Source: Vicugna vicugna
Taxonomy: Eukaryota
Length of the DNA: 64,000 nt
Reading direction: 5' to 3'
Assembly (NCBI GenBank): GCA_013265495.1
Contig: MU058289.1
Coordinates: 2,479,451-2,543,450, forward strand
Shown: piece after piece, positions 1-11,703 of the stretch
How positions within the stretch are numbered: position 1 is the first letter of the stretch
How the letters are laid out: every line of letters starts with the position of its first letter
Notes under the pieces: model-generated
What the model saw: the letters and a program-made list of their open reading frames with translations, nothing else
The model's database searches: none
Told to the model about the DNA's origin: nothing
Translations under genes and position numbers: made by a program

Positions 1-320
1 GGTGTGAGAGCACTTCGTGCTTGGCAAGATACAATATAAAACGGAAGTCATTATCACCATATAACCATCTGGTTAGGATGTATCTTTTTTTTTTTAAGTG
101 AAAGAAACTCTTTCACCTTCAAGTTGTAATCAAAGAAAACACACAAGTTGACTCTGGAAACAGTCCAAACGTTCAAAGAACACAAAAGACTACAATGTGA
201 GGACTACAATGTTCAAAGACGTTTTTTAAAAAGGGAGAGGTGGGGGAGAGGAGCAAAAATCTTATGAGACTTCAACCATTTGCCTGAGCCATAAAGTAGC
301 TTTAAGTAAGAAAATCCTAC

Positions 321-455
321 CTTCTTTTGAGCCAACAGTGTTGAAGTAACCAGCAGAGAAACCTCCACTAAAGGCTCCATGAAACCGTTTATACCTTCCT
401 TTTTCATCTCTGACGGTCTGATCTTGAAGAGGAATTGGTTTCTTTGGTCTCTCAC
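321..455 (-). CDS. GPATCH1: GPATCH1 coding exon 2 (135 nt); gene continues off the left edge
   Basis: Reverse strand reads tttttag|GT GAG AGA CCA...(G)[45 protein letters not shown]|gtagga. It matches the recalled GPATCH1 N-terminus and its phase joins exon 1. Confidence 0.96.
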
Positions 456-571
456 CTAAAAAAAAAATATTTTGAATGAGAGAGAAGGGGATGGTGGATT
501 AGAAAGAATTTAGGGAAAAGATCATTTCTTAAACGTAGCTTGTTCACTTCTTCTAACTTCAAGTATAACAA

Positions 572-741
572 TTTTTTGTTGCTCTTTTGGAGGGGGCAGG
601 TAATTAGGTTTCTTTATGTATTTTTTAATGTATTTTTTAATTAATATTTTATTTTATTTTTTAATGGAGGTACTGAGGATTGAACCCAGGACCCTGTGCA
701 TGCTAAGCACATACTCTACAGCTAAGCTATACGCTCCCCCT
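572..741 (-). mobile_element. tRNA-derived SINE (camelid Vic-1 type)
   Basis: Reverse complement of the head ggggagcgtatagc...gcttagcatgcac...ggttcaatcc, plus aaataaa tail and aacctaattacc. Confidence 0.8.
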
Positions 742-1479
742 CAAATACAACAACTTTAAGTTGCTATTCCTAGACCTTAACAGCTTATATAGTTCAGAAC
801 ACCATATTTTATCAAGCTTCTTTATAGTTCTAAGACAATTATAGATTATCTCTTATTTATGTTAGAAATATGTTTTAGCATAAATGGCCTGCCTTTCCCA
901 CTAAGTTCCATTATGAAAACTGAATTACATTGGGGGGAGGGTTCAAACAGACGGAAGGTGAAATCTGCTGGCAGTAAAGAAGGTAAGTTGCTGGGGTGGC
1001 ATGTGGCATGTAGAGGTTTTTAATATCTCTTCTAGAACTTCATAGCATCCCCAAATCCAGAATTTTTCCATTGGTGCTGTTCAATTTCCCCAAATCTTAA
1101 GAGTGTTCTTATTTCTGGGACTCTCCTGATTCCACAGTTACTGTTCTTTAAACTTATTTCTTTTCCTCCTCTGCTGAAAAGGGCTGGGTTGCAACATCAC
1201 ACAAGTGAAAAGGAACTCAAAACATCTTAGCCTCACCTAAAAATTCCTTAGGTTTAAAGTTTCAGGTACCATGAGACAAATGACTGCCTCATTTTTATCA
1301 ACTCCAATTCAAAATTCTGAATCTACTTCAAATTAAAAGTAACCATCAAGTTATTTTCAAATATTCAATACAGAAAGTAAGTTCCACATTGTGCTGTACA
1401 CCAGAAATTGACACACTGTAACTGAATGCACTTCAATTAAAAAAAAAAGAAAGAATGTTAGTTTCACAACAGTTAAGCA

Positions 1480-1711
1480 CTAGGGTTGAGAGACGCAGCA
1501 CTCTGCATTTTAAAGCCAAGTCCACCTTTACTAGCACAAGGGCTTTGGTCATCGTAACTTCTCTGTACCTCAATTTCCTCACCTGCAAAATGGGGATGAC
1601 ACTAACAGTAATATCTATTTCATAGAGCTGTTACACAAATTGGATCAGATAATGCCTGGAAAGTGCTTAGCAAGAAGAGGGATACACAATAAATACCTTT
1701 CAAGTACTAGC

Positions 1712-1715
<4 letters not shown>
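1480..1715 (+). mobile_element. MIR SINE
   Basis: Core ctctgtacctcaatttcctcacctgcaaaatgggga. Confidence 0.75.
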
Positions 1716-1744
<29 letters not shown>

Positions 1745-1770
1745 TACTATTACTATTATTATTATTATTA
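1714..1770. repeat. (ATT/ACT)n microsatellite
   Basis: Visible tandem trinucleotide run. Confidence 0.95.
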
Positions 1771-1949
1771 CATACAGTAGGTAAGATGTGTCCTAAAGCC
1801 CATATATACCTGTCGCTTCAATAAATAAGCCAGTTATTACTTCTGGATGATGAAACAAAAAGTAAAGAAACTTCTAGCCTCATAGTCCTAAATTTTTACT
1901 TGCAGCTTATGGAGTCTTTGGGTCATTTTTAGAATATAACCCACAGCAG

Positions 1950-2190
1950 GGCAGTCAAGAACTTAGGTTCTGAAGACAGGAGATCTGGGTTCAAATCCCC
2001 CTACCCTACTACTTGCTAGCTTTTTGATCTTGGACAAGTTACTTGATCTCTCTAAGCCTCAGCCTCTACAACTGTAAAATCAGGGTAATACAGGAACCCA
2101 CCTTGTAGGATGGCGCCGAGGATTAAAAACCACATGCAGAGAGTTGAGCACAGTGCCTGGCCAGAGCAAAGCTCAGTTAATATCAGCTAC
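1950..2190 (+). mobile_element. MIR SINE
   Basis: ctgggttcaaatcc...ttggacaagttactt...ctgtaaaat. Confidence 0.75.
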
Positions 2191-2332
2191 AATTTCATTT
2201 CACTCTAAGGAACTGAATTACAACTTGGGTCCCACAATCCAAGATTTTCACCATTTCTTAAAAATACAGTACACACACTCCACTCCTGCATATGCATCTG
2301 GCCTGACTCATGGCTGAGGTGGGGTTACCTCA

Positions 2333-2552
2333 ATCTCAACCTCAGCACTGTTGACACTTTGTGCTGGCTAATTCTTAGTTGTGGGGGACTGTCTTGTACA
2401 CCATACGATGGTTAGCAGCACCCCTAGCCTGGAACACTAGATGCAATAACATCCTCCTCCCAAAAAAGCATGACAACCAAAAATGTCTCTAGACGTTGCC
2501 AAATGTCCGGGGTGGGTGGGCAGCAAAATCATCCCTGGTTGAGAACCACCAG
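2333..2552 (+). mobile_element. MER20-like hAT DNA transposon relic
   Basis: tctcaacctcagcactgttgaca...tgacaaccaaaaatgtctctagacgttgccaaatgtcc...ggttgagaaccac. Confidence 0.8.
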
Positions 2553-4924
2553 GCTGAGGTGAGAGAGGATAGTTCCTGCCAATGCTAGGTTCTGCTCTTG
2601 CTCTGTTCTCCAGATGCCCCTGATCTGGAAGCAAGATCTGCAGACAACTAAGTACAACCTGACAGCAGATGATGAGGGCCACTCAGGGTGGCTGGCTAGG
2701 TCCCACAGGCCTCCTGAGGAGGAGGGGCCACCTCTATTCACAGCACAGGAAAACTCCAGGGAGGAGGTGGCATTTCAGCCTGGCCCTGTTATAATTATTG
2801 TTACTAATAACAGCTAATCCTTTCCTTTCACACCTGTTGTCTCATTTATCATACTCTGATAAGGATGCTCTGAGTAAGTAACTGCCCTAAGGTCCACAGC
2901 TAATAAGCAGAAGTCAGATCTCAACTCTGCCCCTAAGCCAAGAATGCAACTCATTCTGTCCTCAACTTGTTCCCCACCAAAAGTTTACTGAGGGCCTTAC
3001 AGTGAAAGCAGCCCTGTTCTAGACGCTGGGTGTGGAAAAGTACACACAACTCCGTCCCTGCCCCAGGGCGCTCAGAGCCCGGAAGAGGAGACCTGCATGT
3101 ACAAGAATTCTTCTGACAATGTGCAAGAACCACAACACCAGAGTCACCCAAGGCATGAGCAGAATTTGACAGCTGCAGGTAGAGACACAATTCCCCACAG
3201 AGGCGTTACCTCCATCAGTAAACAGGAGGTCTAAAAGGGTAGGTCAGATGTTTTGAGAAAGTAGTCTAGTCTGACTGACAGAAAATGGAACGGGAGGGGC
3301 AGATAGTGTAGAGGGCCTTGAAGTGGTACTGCGGGGTCTGTGGTATGTCCTGCGGGGGAAGGGAGCCACAGACAGCTTTAAATGGGAGAGTCACAGCAAC
3401 AAGGAAGAGGAAAATGGTCCTAAATTAATCTGAGGGCAGGATGAACTGACGATGAGGAGAGTTCTACAGCCAAGTGAACTTGTCTAAGGAAAGAGTAAAT
3501 ACACACTGGTGTCCCTTCCTTCCAGGCTGGAGGGCCTCTGTGTCTACGTGTGACAGTTCGGCGACTGTCTCTTAACCAATAAACCATTCTGTGAGAGCCA
3601 GCAACTTTAATTAAGTAATGGAGTCTCTCCTCTACCAGTGTTTGTCTAACCTGTCATTAAAACTTCAAAGCAGGAAGTAAAGGTCTAGTATGTTATATTG
3701 TAAAATGTAGTCAGAGTGCATTTAAACTTCAAAGGGCTTAGGAAACAACCAATCAATCCTCAAAAACTCCTAGTACTGAGAAGTTAAAGGACAATTTTAG
3801 GCCAGGAGAAAAAAAAAAGTCCCTTCCTTCCACTTCAACAGTCTGGCTAGACCATTAGGCTTTGTTTTAGGTTTCGTACACCATCAAAACAGGAAGGATT
3901 TGCTCTACACTGGAATTTGACACAACATTGTAAAATGGTTATAAATCAATTAAAAAATGTTAAAAAAAATTAAAAATTAAAAAAAAAAACAGGAAGAATT
4001 AGAAAAATACAGGTCAAATAGTTGATGAATTACAGTATGTCACTTCACGAGGAAACAATCTCCAGACCAGAAATATAGGAATGACACAAACTCCTGCCTA
4101 ACATGGCTGTCATACTCTCCACCCATGCATGTTTAACCCTGTCCTCTTCCTGCATACCTAAATTCTAACCAGTTTAAGGGATCCCATTCTGCTTTCTTAG
4201 GTTTCCCTGTTAGCTTGAGTAGGTTATTTCCTGTCTACATCACACACTTTATCACTTGTGAACCTTGTACTTTTGTTCTCAACTAGATTTGAAACTGCTT
4301 AAATTAAGGATCCTTGTCAACAAATTTCTTGAGATCATGGGGTGACGTGTTTGCCAATAAAGTGAACGTGATCTTATTGCATTAAAGAAATACAGTCTTA
4401 AATGATGGACGTATCAGTGATGGCTCTGCTCTACCCACACTCTGGTCCCATACTTGGAGAAAGGCTTTGACAAATTAGGATTGAGGGGACTCTAAACTGA
4501 AAGAGAACTGAGGATGTTGAGTGCAGTACAGAGATGTCTTAGAGGAAATGCAAGGGGTGTTGTTTTATTTTGTTTTGTTTTAAGGGTGTTTTTAAACACA
4601 TAAGCAGCTTTCAGGAGACAAGCATTTCTCTGTCTTTTGTAACCAGAGGGCAGAAACAAGGCCAGCATCTTGCAGAAGCTTCTAATGATTAGACCTGTTT
4701 GCAGGGAATAAAAGGGTAATCGGGGAATAAAAGGTAATCAGCAATGTCCCAGAAATACAACTACACTGACGTGATGGGGAAAGGGGAGAGTCTGCAAAAA
4801 CTCCTAGCTCACCATATTTCCTCTGCCTTTCCTGCAGGGCTAGAAGTGCCATCAGTCTTTATTGGCCAGTCAATCCATACTTCACTGAACAAATCAAGTC
4901 GTTAAGTGGATAAGATCAGAAACA

Positions 4925-5650
4925 TGGGAGAGAATTTTGCTTCACCTTGCCCTCACCCCTACATTCCACCAGCAAGTCCGGTCAGCTCTGCTTTCAAACT
5001 ACATCTCAACCCAGAGTACTACCGTCCATCGCCACGGCCAACACTCCAGTGCAAGTCACCATAATTGCCAGGCCTCTTTGTGCTAATCTCCCTACTTCAC
5101 TCTTGCCCACCCCTAACCTGCCTACCCTCAAAATCGAGGTCATCATCTTTAAAACATACATCCCTCCCTGTGTAAACTGCCCCGTCCCCACGACTTTTCT
5201 ACACTTAGTATAAAATACAAACTCCCTGACCACACTAAGTGAGATCCAACCCTCTCTGATACCATCTTCTGTCAGCCGCCCCCTGGTGCTGTTTGCTCCA
5301 CCCACATCAGGCCTGCTTGTCCCTCAATTTGCCAAAACAGCTCCGACTTTAGAGCCTTTGCACTTGTTCGCTCTGCCCAAATTGTTCGTTCCCCCAGATC
5401 TTCATACGGTAGGTTCCTTCTCTATTTCAAGTCTGAGCTCAAATGTCCTCTCCTAAGAAACACACTGCCTGCCCACCACCCCCGCGCCCCGCTCTCACAC
5501 GTTTGTCATCTTTCTATTTCCCATCCCGCCGGGCCTCCCATCCGTCCCTCCAAAACGTGAGCACCCGGAAAGCACAGCGCCCGCCGCTCCGGTCGCTGTA
5601 CGCAGGGCCCGCAGCAGAAGAGACTTTTCCCCAGGCTAGACAAGGTATGG
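4925..5650 (+). mobile_element. L2 LINE relic in GPATCH1 intron 1, running into the CpG island
   Basis: gcctttgcacttg...ccccagatcttcat...tcaagtctgagctcaaatgtc. Confidence 0.65.
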
Positions 5651-6070
5651 AACAGGATTGTGCGTTTTTGCCCAAATTTTAGACCCCCTGGCCTGTTTTC
5701 CACAGACCCCGGCGTCCAATCTGGCCCGCACCTTCTTCCAGGGGCTCCAGGCCCGTCCCATAGCTGACCAAATCCTCATCGCTGTCGCTGTCCAGCGCCG
5801 CCATCCTGCTCCCTTCCGGGCCCCGCCCCCTCGCTACGGGGGCCTCAGCGGGCCAAATCTCTTTCGCTCTTTCTCCTCCGCGAACCGAAGACGCTCTAAG
5901 CGCGAAATTTCGGAACACGCTCACCTAGCCCGGCAAGCCTCTCGCCTCGGTTCTGCGCCTGGAGGTCCTCAAACTCGTCTTATGCAAGGCGGACCTGGGC
6001 AGGAGCGTGCGCGCGTGCACACACACACACTCTGTATATATCATCCTTAGGTTTACATAAGCGGAGTCCC
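5480..6070. promoter_or_regulatory. CpG-island promoter of GPATCH1
   Basis: Dense CpG. ETS-like CCGGAAG and GC box (gccccgcccc) at ~5813-5830, YY1-like GATGGCGGC over the ATG, E2F-type TTTCGCGC at 5900-5907 (minus), NRF1-like GCGTGCGCGCGTGCA at ~6004-6018. Confidence 0.85.
5732..5804 (-). CDS. GPATCH1: GPATCH1 coding exon 1 (73 coding nt)
   Basis: ATG at 5804 (aggATGg), MAALDSDSDEDLVSYGTGLEPLEE G|gtgcgg donor, inside a CpG island. Confidence 0.96.
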
Positions 6071-6562
6071 CTTCCAGACCTCTTGAAAGGATTATTCACA
6101 GACACGAGAACCCTGATGGCCATGGTGAAGGCAGCTTGGGACAACACTTGATCAAGGAGAAAAATAAAGGAAGAAGAGATTAAACGAAAAGGAGGGGAGA
6201 AAAAGGTTGAGGGGGCGAGAGGAAAACAGGAATAAAGAGAGAGAAACAGAAAGAAAACTGGAAAGAGAAAGAAAAAGAGAAAAACCAAGCAGAAAAGCAA
6301 AAAGTGAAGTGAGGTGGGGTTAGTGACGCTGAGGGCCCCCTTATTGAACCTAAAGAAACAAACTTCTGTCAAATGGGGCGCCATTATCCTACCCCAAACT
6401 TCCTTCTTAGACAAGAGAGAAATGAAACTCAGCTAGTAAAAGGTGAGGTTGAAATGAAAACCAGACCCTAAGCCCAGGTTTTCAAAACGTGAGTCAGAAG
6501 TCTGCGTGAAGATGTTGTTAAAATGGCCCTCCTACCCATCCCCCAGGCCTCCTGAATCATAA

Positions 6563-7570
6563 TCAAGCACACTCTGGCCTCAGGGCCTTTGCATTCACTG
6601 CTCCCTCTGCTTGAAATGTTTCTCTCCCCCACCCCTCCTCCCAGATACCACGCGCTTGACTCATTGCCTCACCTCTTTCAGGTCTCTGTTCAAAGGTTAC
6701 TTTCTTAGTGAAGACTTCTCTAACTCTATTTTTGAAACAACCCTTAAGATCTGTGCGCTGGGCCCCGGAGCGGGACCCGGCGGGCGAGGGGTGGGGCCAG
6801 AGGGTGGGAGGGATGGGCGGGGACGGGGCGGGGGTCCAGGCCCGAGCGCTGGAGACCCCAGTCCCCGGAAGGAGGGATGTCTGACCCGCCTGGGCTCCGC
6901 TTCCAGACGAGAGGGTCCGGAGCGCCCAGCTCCCCGGGGTTTGGCTGGCCGGGGGCTCTGGGCTGCGACGCGGCGCCGTATCACCGGCGAGGCCTCGGGC
7001 GCCCGCTGACCCTGAGCGGCTCCTCCAGCGATGTGACTCAGCCAAGTGCCCTTGGCTCTCCGGGCCCACCTTCTCTCTGTAAAACCGCGGAGCGGTCTGG
7101 ACCACGTCCCTGCTCCCTCCTCCAGGCTAGGCTGTTATCGCTCTGCCTGTGACCGACATGGGGCCTTTGTAGCCCGAGGCCTTCTTAGGAGGCCTTAGCT
7201 CTGCCAGGCCCACACCCACAGAGTGCATTAATAAACACTCACAAAGGTATTTACCATTTTGCTTGTGAAAAGAAGGGAAAAAAAAGAAAAAAACCAACCC
7301 TTACTCTACTATATATTTTATATGTTAAAATGAGTATTTTAAATTTTTGTTTTATATATTTTATATTACCCTACGATACATTTTCTGCAACATTTATCAC
7401 CTTCCATAATTTGGTTTACTTATTAGGTCTATTGTCTTTCCCCATTGGAATGTAAGCTCCAAGTAGACAGATTTGGGCCAGTTTTTTTCTTTCTTTCTTT
7501 GCTGTATCAGAGCTTAGAACAGTGCTTGGAATGTAGTAAGCACTCAAATAATTTTGAAGAAAAGAATAAA
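6563..7570 (+). mobile_element. L2a-like LINE 3' end, split by the 6747-7294 insert
   Basis: Left part has cctcagggcctttgca...ctcacctctttcaggtctctgttcaaa. Right part has atttatcacc...gaatgtaagctcca...agaacagtgcttgg...gtaagcactcaaata. Confidence 0.8.
6747..7294 (+). mobile_element. Unidentified CpG-rich retroposed insert interrupting an L2 element
   Basis: AATAAA at 7230-7235, A-rich tail 7268-7293, direct repeat CAACCCTTA at 6738-6746 and 7295-7303. The L2 sequence is colinear on both sides. Confidence 0.7.
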
Positions 7571-7639
7571 TAACTGATTGAGTAAGTCATTGTCCATGAC
7601 TTTTTTTTTTAAAAAAAAAGTTATTTTAAAAACACAGCC

Positions 7640-8120
7640 TAGAAGCTTTTGGCAGGTCTCCCATTGAAAAGTGAAGTCCATGTCTCCTCCCCTTGAACCT
7701 AGGCTCCATGACTGCTTGACCAAAAGAATACAGTGAAAGTGACAATATAACATTGCCCACACCCAACCTTTAAGAAACTGGTAGCTACAACTTTATGTTT
7801 CTTGGGATGCTGGCCCTTGATGGACCCAGCCTCCATTCTGTGCAGAAGCCTAGGCCATGAGGAGAGGCTATGTGTGGGCATTCCAGCCCATGACCCAGCC
7901 AAGGTTCCGGTAACAATCAGTATCAATCGCCAGACACGTAAGCAAGGAAGACTCAAAATGACTCCATTCTTGGGAGGGTATAGCTCAAGTGGTAGAGTGC
8001 ATAATTAGCATGCACAAGGTCCTAGGTTCAATCCCCAGTACCTCCTTGAAAAATAAATAAATAAACCTAATCACCTGCCCCCTCAACGAAAAATTTTAAA
8101 TAAATAAATTAAATTAAGTT

Positions 8121-8154
<34 letters not shown>

Positions 8155-8328
8155 AAATGACTCCATTTCTAACAACCATCTGCCTGTAACTGCATAGACT
8201 ACAAGCAAGAACCTCCTAGCTGAGTTTAGTCACCTCTGGAACCATGAGCGATAATAATAAAATGATTGTTCTTGTTCGGACCCATTAAGATTTGGGGTAG
8301 TTTGTTAACAACAATAGGTAACTGGAAT
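7640..8328 (+). mobile_element. MLT1-type (MaLR) LTR relic
   Basis: ctccccttgaacctagg...aataataaaatgattgtt...ttaagatttggggtagtttgtta...aataggtaactggaa. Confidence 0.65.
7972..8152 (+). mobile_element. Vic-1-type SINE with (CA)n tail, inserted in an MLT1 LTR
   Basis: gggagggtatagctcaagtggtagag (A box)...ggttcaatcc (B box). TSD AAATGACTCCATT on both sides. Confidence 0.85.
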
Positions 8329-9383
8329 GACGTAAATGATAGAAAACTATAAAGCATTTAAAAATGCTGATGGAGAATGATCGCCAACATATGCTGTTTA
8401 ATGAGCAAAATCAGAGGAGACAGAGTACACAGGGTGTTGCCATTTATATTAAAAGAAAACATAAATAGCCAGATGTATTGTGGCCATTACATCTACAACA
8501 TAGGGATACAGTACATCCACAAATATGCTATAATATATCTGAATTGAACTCCCCAAAGAAAGTGATAACAGTTGTTGCCACTGATCAAAGGAAATCAGGG
8601 TAAGAGAGATACATGTATACAGCATTGTATCATTTGAATTTTTATTTTTAGCTACCTCCATGGTATTGTTTCCAAAACACTTTATGTCTGTGTCTTAGTT
8701 TTCATTTTAAAGGTTTTTGTATGTATTAGCCCCTCTCCTTCCTTGAGAAATTTTAAGTACAAAAGGGAAAGCATCCATCTTTGTTTCTTGAAGCCCTGCA
8801 GGGACCCAGCATCATCCTTTGACCATCAACTGTCAGTGGGAATAAATGCAGATATTGAAAGTAAAGAAGGTTGGGGGCTAGTCCATACACATAGACAAAT
8901 CATGAAGCTCCATGATTTTATTTATAAACTACCTCCAACTAATTTTCTTACAGCTTATTGCTACTAAAGAGGCAAGCAAAAAAACAATAAATTTATTACT
9001 GGAAGTTTATTTAATTGGATTTCTGACGACCACAAGCATTTGGTGAAACAGTAATAACCAATCTTTCTGGTCTTCAGAAGGAGCGACCGGGTGCTTCATC
9101 TGCAACCCTTGTCACTTACGTACCCAATGCTCCGGATTCTTGGCATCAGGAACCTACAAACAATGCACTTTTATGCAAAGCTGTAGAAGCATTAATACCA
9201 TGTACCCTTCCTTCCTTACTCAGACAAGGAAGAAAGCACAAATGTCAGGATCTTATCAGGAAACTGCACATAGGAAGATGAGCTGAATCACCTGGGCAGG
9301 GAGTAATTTCTTCCTCATGGTCCAAACATGAGTGTTGGCAGTGGGATGATTATTCATGACATACAAAGAAAACTGCTCTATAT

Positions 9384-10137
9384 CTTGGCTATTGTATATA
9401 GTGCTGCTATCAACATTGTGTGTCTTTTCACATTAGAGTTCCCTCCGGATATATACCCAGAAGTGCGATTGCTGGATCATATGGTAAGTCTATTTTTAGT
9501 TTGTTGAGAAATCTCCATACTGTTTTCCATGATGGCTGCACCAAACTACATTCCTACTAGCAGTGTAGGAGGGTTCCCTTTTCTCCACTCCCTCTCCAGA
9601 ATTTATCATTCATGGACTTTTGAATAAAAGTCTGACTGGTGTGAGGTGATACCTCATTGTAGTTTTGATTACACAATAGCCAAGACATGGAAGCAACCTA
9701 AATGTTCATCGACAGATGATTGGATAAAGAAGTTGTGGCATATTTATATAATGGAATACTACTCTGCCATAAAAAAGAATAAAATAATGCCATTTGCAAC
9801 AACATGGATGGACCTAGAGATCATCATTCTAAATGAAGTAAGCCAGAAAGAGAATGAAAAATACCGTATGATATCACTCATATGTGGAATCTGAAAAAAA
9901 GAAAAAGGACACTATGAACTCATCTACAAAACAGAAACAGACTCGCAGACTTAGTAAACAATCTTATGGTTACTGGGGAAAAGGGGTGGGAAGGGATAAA
10001 TTTGGGAGTTTGAGATTTACAAATGTTACCCACTATGTATAAAAATAGATTTTAAGAAAGTTTCATCTGTATAGCACAGGTAACTATTCTCAATATCTTA
10101 TAATAACCTTTAATGAAAAAAATATGAAAATGAAAAA
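9384..10137 (+). mobile_element. 5'-truncated L1 with 5' inversion (twin priming)
   Basis: 9384-9670 is antisense L1 ORF2. 9671-10137 is sense (TIAKTWKQPKC...ISLICGI*, 3'UTR, A tail). TSD AAAACTGCTCTATAT at 9369-9383 and 10138-10152. Confidence 0.9.
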
Positions 10138-10189
10138 AAAACTGCTCTATATGCTTGTGAATCAGTCACTTATTTTTTTCCCCACGGAA

Positions 10190-10820
10190 TTTTCTTATTG
10201 AAATACAGCATATGTACAGACAAGTGCACAAATCATAAGCACACAGTTCTGTGCATTTTCACAAAGTGAACACACCCATATAACAACAGGTAGATCAAGA
10301 AATAGAAATTTTCCAGACTCCCAGAAGCAATAATCCCAGAACAGATTAAATTTATCTATTTTGTCCTTTATATAAAGTGGAATCATACTGTATTTTGTCT
10401 GGCTTCTTTGGCTCAACAATATTTTTGTGAGCAAAATATGTTGCTCACAACATATTTGTGGCTTTGAATAGTAATGTGTTCATTTTCATTGTGTAAAATT
10501 TTCCAATACATGAGTATGCCACAGTTACTTATCCATTCTAAAGTTCATGGGCATTTGAGTCGTTTCTCCCTAGGGGCTATTTTGAAAAGTGTAGCTATGA
10601 ATATTCTTGTACATGTTTTATGGAGGACAGATGTACGCGTTTCCATTGGGTATCTACCTAGACTTGGACTTGCTAGATCATAAGTTATGCACATATTCCT
10701 CTTTAGTAGAAAATGCCGAACAGTTTTCCAAAGTGGTGGTACCAGTTTACACTCCCACATGTAATGTATGAGCTTCTGGTTGTCCCACATTCTTTTGGTA
10801 TTTTTTGCCATTCTGTCACT
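10190..10820 (-). mobile_element. Old L1M 3' region
   Basis: Antisense L1 ORF2-end similarity (WECKLVPPLWKTV...IATLFKIA) and L1M 3'UTR motifs. Confidence 0.75.
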
Positions 10821-11341
10821 CGTTTCTTTTTACTCCATAATCACTTCCCAATATGCCAAAATAAATCGCAAAGGATTTAAATCCTCTTAAATCACAGGGA
10901 ACAGTGTAGTGTAGCCTAGTGTGTGGTGTAGCACCAGGCAGCCTAATTTACCAGACTGGTGACCTCTGAGCCACAGTGTCTTCCTCTGTAAAATGGGGAT
11001 GATAAAGTACCCACTTCACAGGGTCGTGGACTGACTGAGATCGTGCATGCAAAGTACATAGCATGGTGACTGGTATAGAGTGAGTACGCAATAAACTACT
11101 GCCCTGCATAAGACCATATTTCAGAGCTGGGGAAACTGAGGCCACAGGGATTAAAAGGATCTGGCCAAGGTGACTCAGCAGTAAAACCTGGTGTGGTTTT
11201 CTCAAGTCAGTCTTAAAAATTTCTAAGAATTTTTTCATAAAAATTGTAAAACTGGATCTACATTTACAATGAATTTTATTCACTTGTTTTTTTTTTTTTA
11301 AAGCACTTGATAACATTTAATGAATCCTCCACCATGTGGCT

Positions 11342-11470
<129 letters not shown>

Positions 11471-11574
11471 CTAGAAGAACAGAGAAAAGGGTTTATAATG
11501 CACCTTGGCTGTCACCAACTCTATGATGGGTATGAAGATGCCTGCCAACCCACTCCATCTAGGAGCCAGGGAGA

Positions 11575-11703
11575 GCATGTTTCTGATCTGGGCACTCACG
11601 GGGGCACTGACTGCCCTCGCCAGTGAATCAAGACCAGCAGATTCTCTCCGAGGACTCTAGCACACCAGGACAAAAGCTGTCAGGATGTGACTCTAGTCTC
11701 GGG
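11575..11703 (-). ncRNA. SNORA3B: H/ACA box snoRNA copy, SNORA3B (ACA3-2/SNORA45)-like retrogene
   Basis: Minus strand CCCGAGACTAGAGTCACATCC...CTCGG-AGAGAA(box H)-TCTGCTGGTCT...AGATCAGAA-ACA-TGC. Two hairpins can form (CCGAG/CTCGG, CACATC/GGTGTG; CTGGTCT/AGATCAG, GGGCA/TGCCC). ACA sits 3 nt from the end. It resembles the recalled human ACA3-2, which is hosted in RPL27A. Confidence 0.88.

Noticed and set aside
213..455. 80-aa minus-strand ORF in the track
   Set aside because: Wrong frame over GPATCH1 exon 2; the true frame is set by the phase-1 junction with exon 1.
6150..6310. Purine-rich A/G tract and the hydrophobic 144-aa antisense ORF
   Set aside because: Low-complexity sequence giving an F/L/S-rich pseudo-transmembrane translation.
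6563..7152. 180, 132, 95 and 91 aa ORFs over the GC-rich insert
   Set aside because: They cross the L2/insert boundary or are low complexity, with no recognisable domain. Treated as chance ORFs.
7972..8045. tRNA-like sequences with A and B boxes (here and ~14 other sites)
   Set aside because: They are followed by AT-rich tails and often TSDs, with degenerate stems. These are SINE heads, not tRNA genes.
9646..9894. ORFs resembling the L1 ORF2 C-terminus (also 23779-24234, 34691-34879, 36444-36719)
   Set aside because: Truncated L1 remnants, not host genes.
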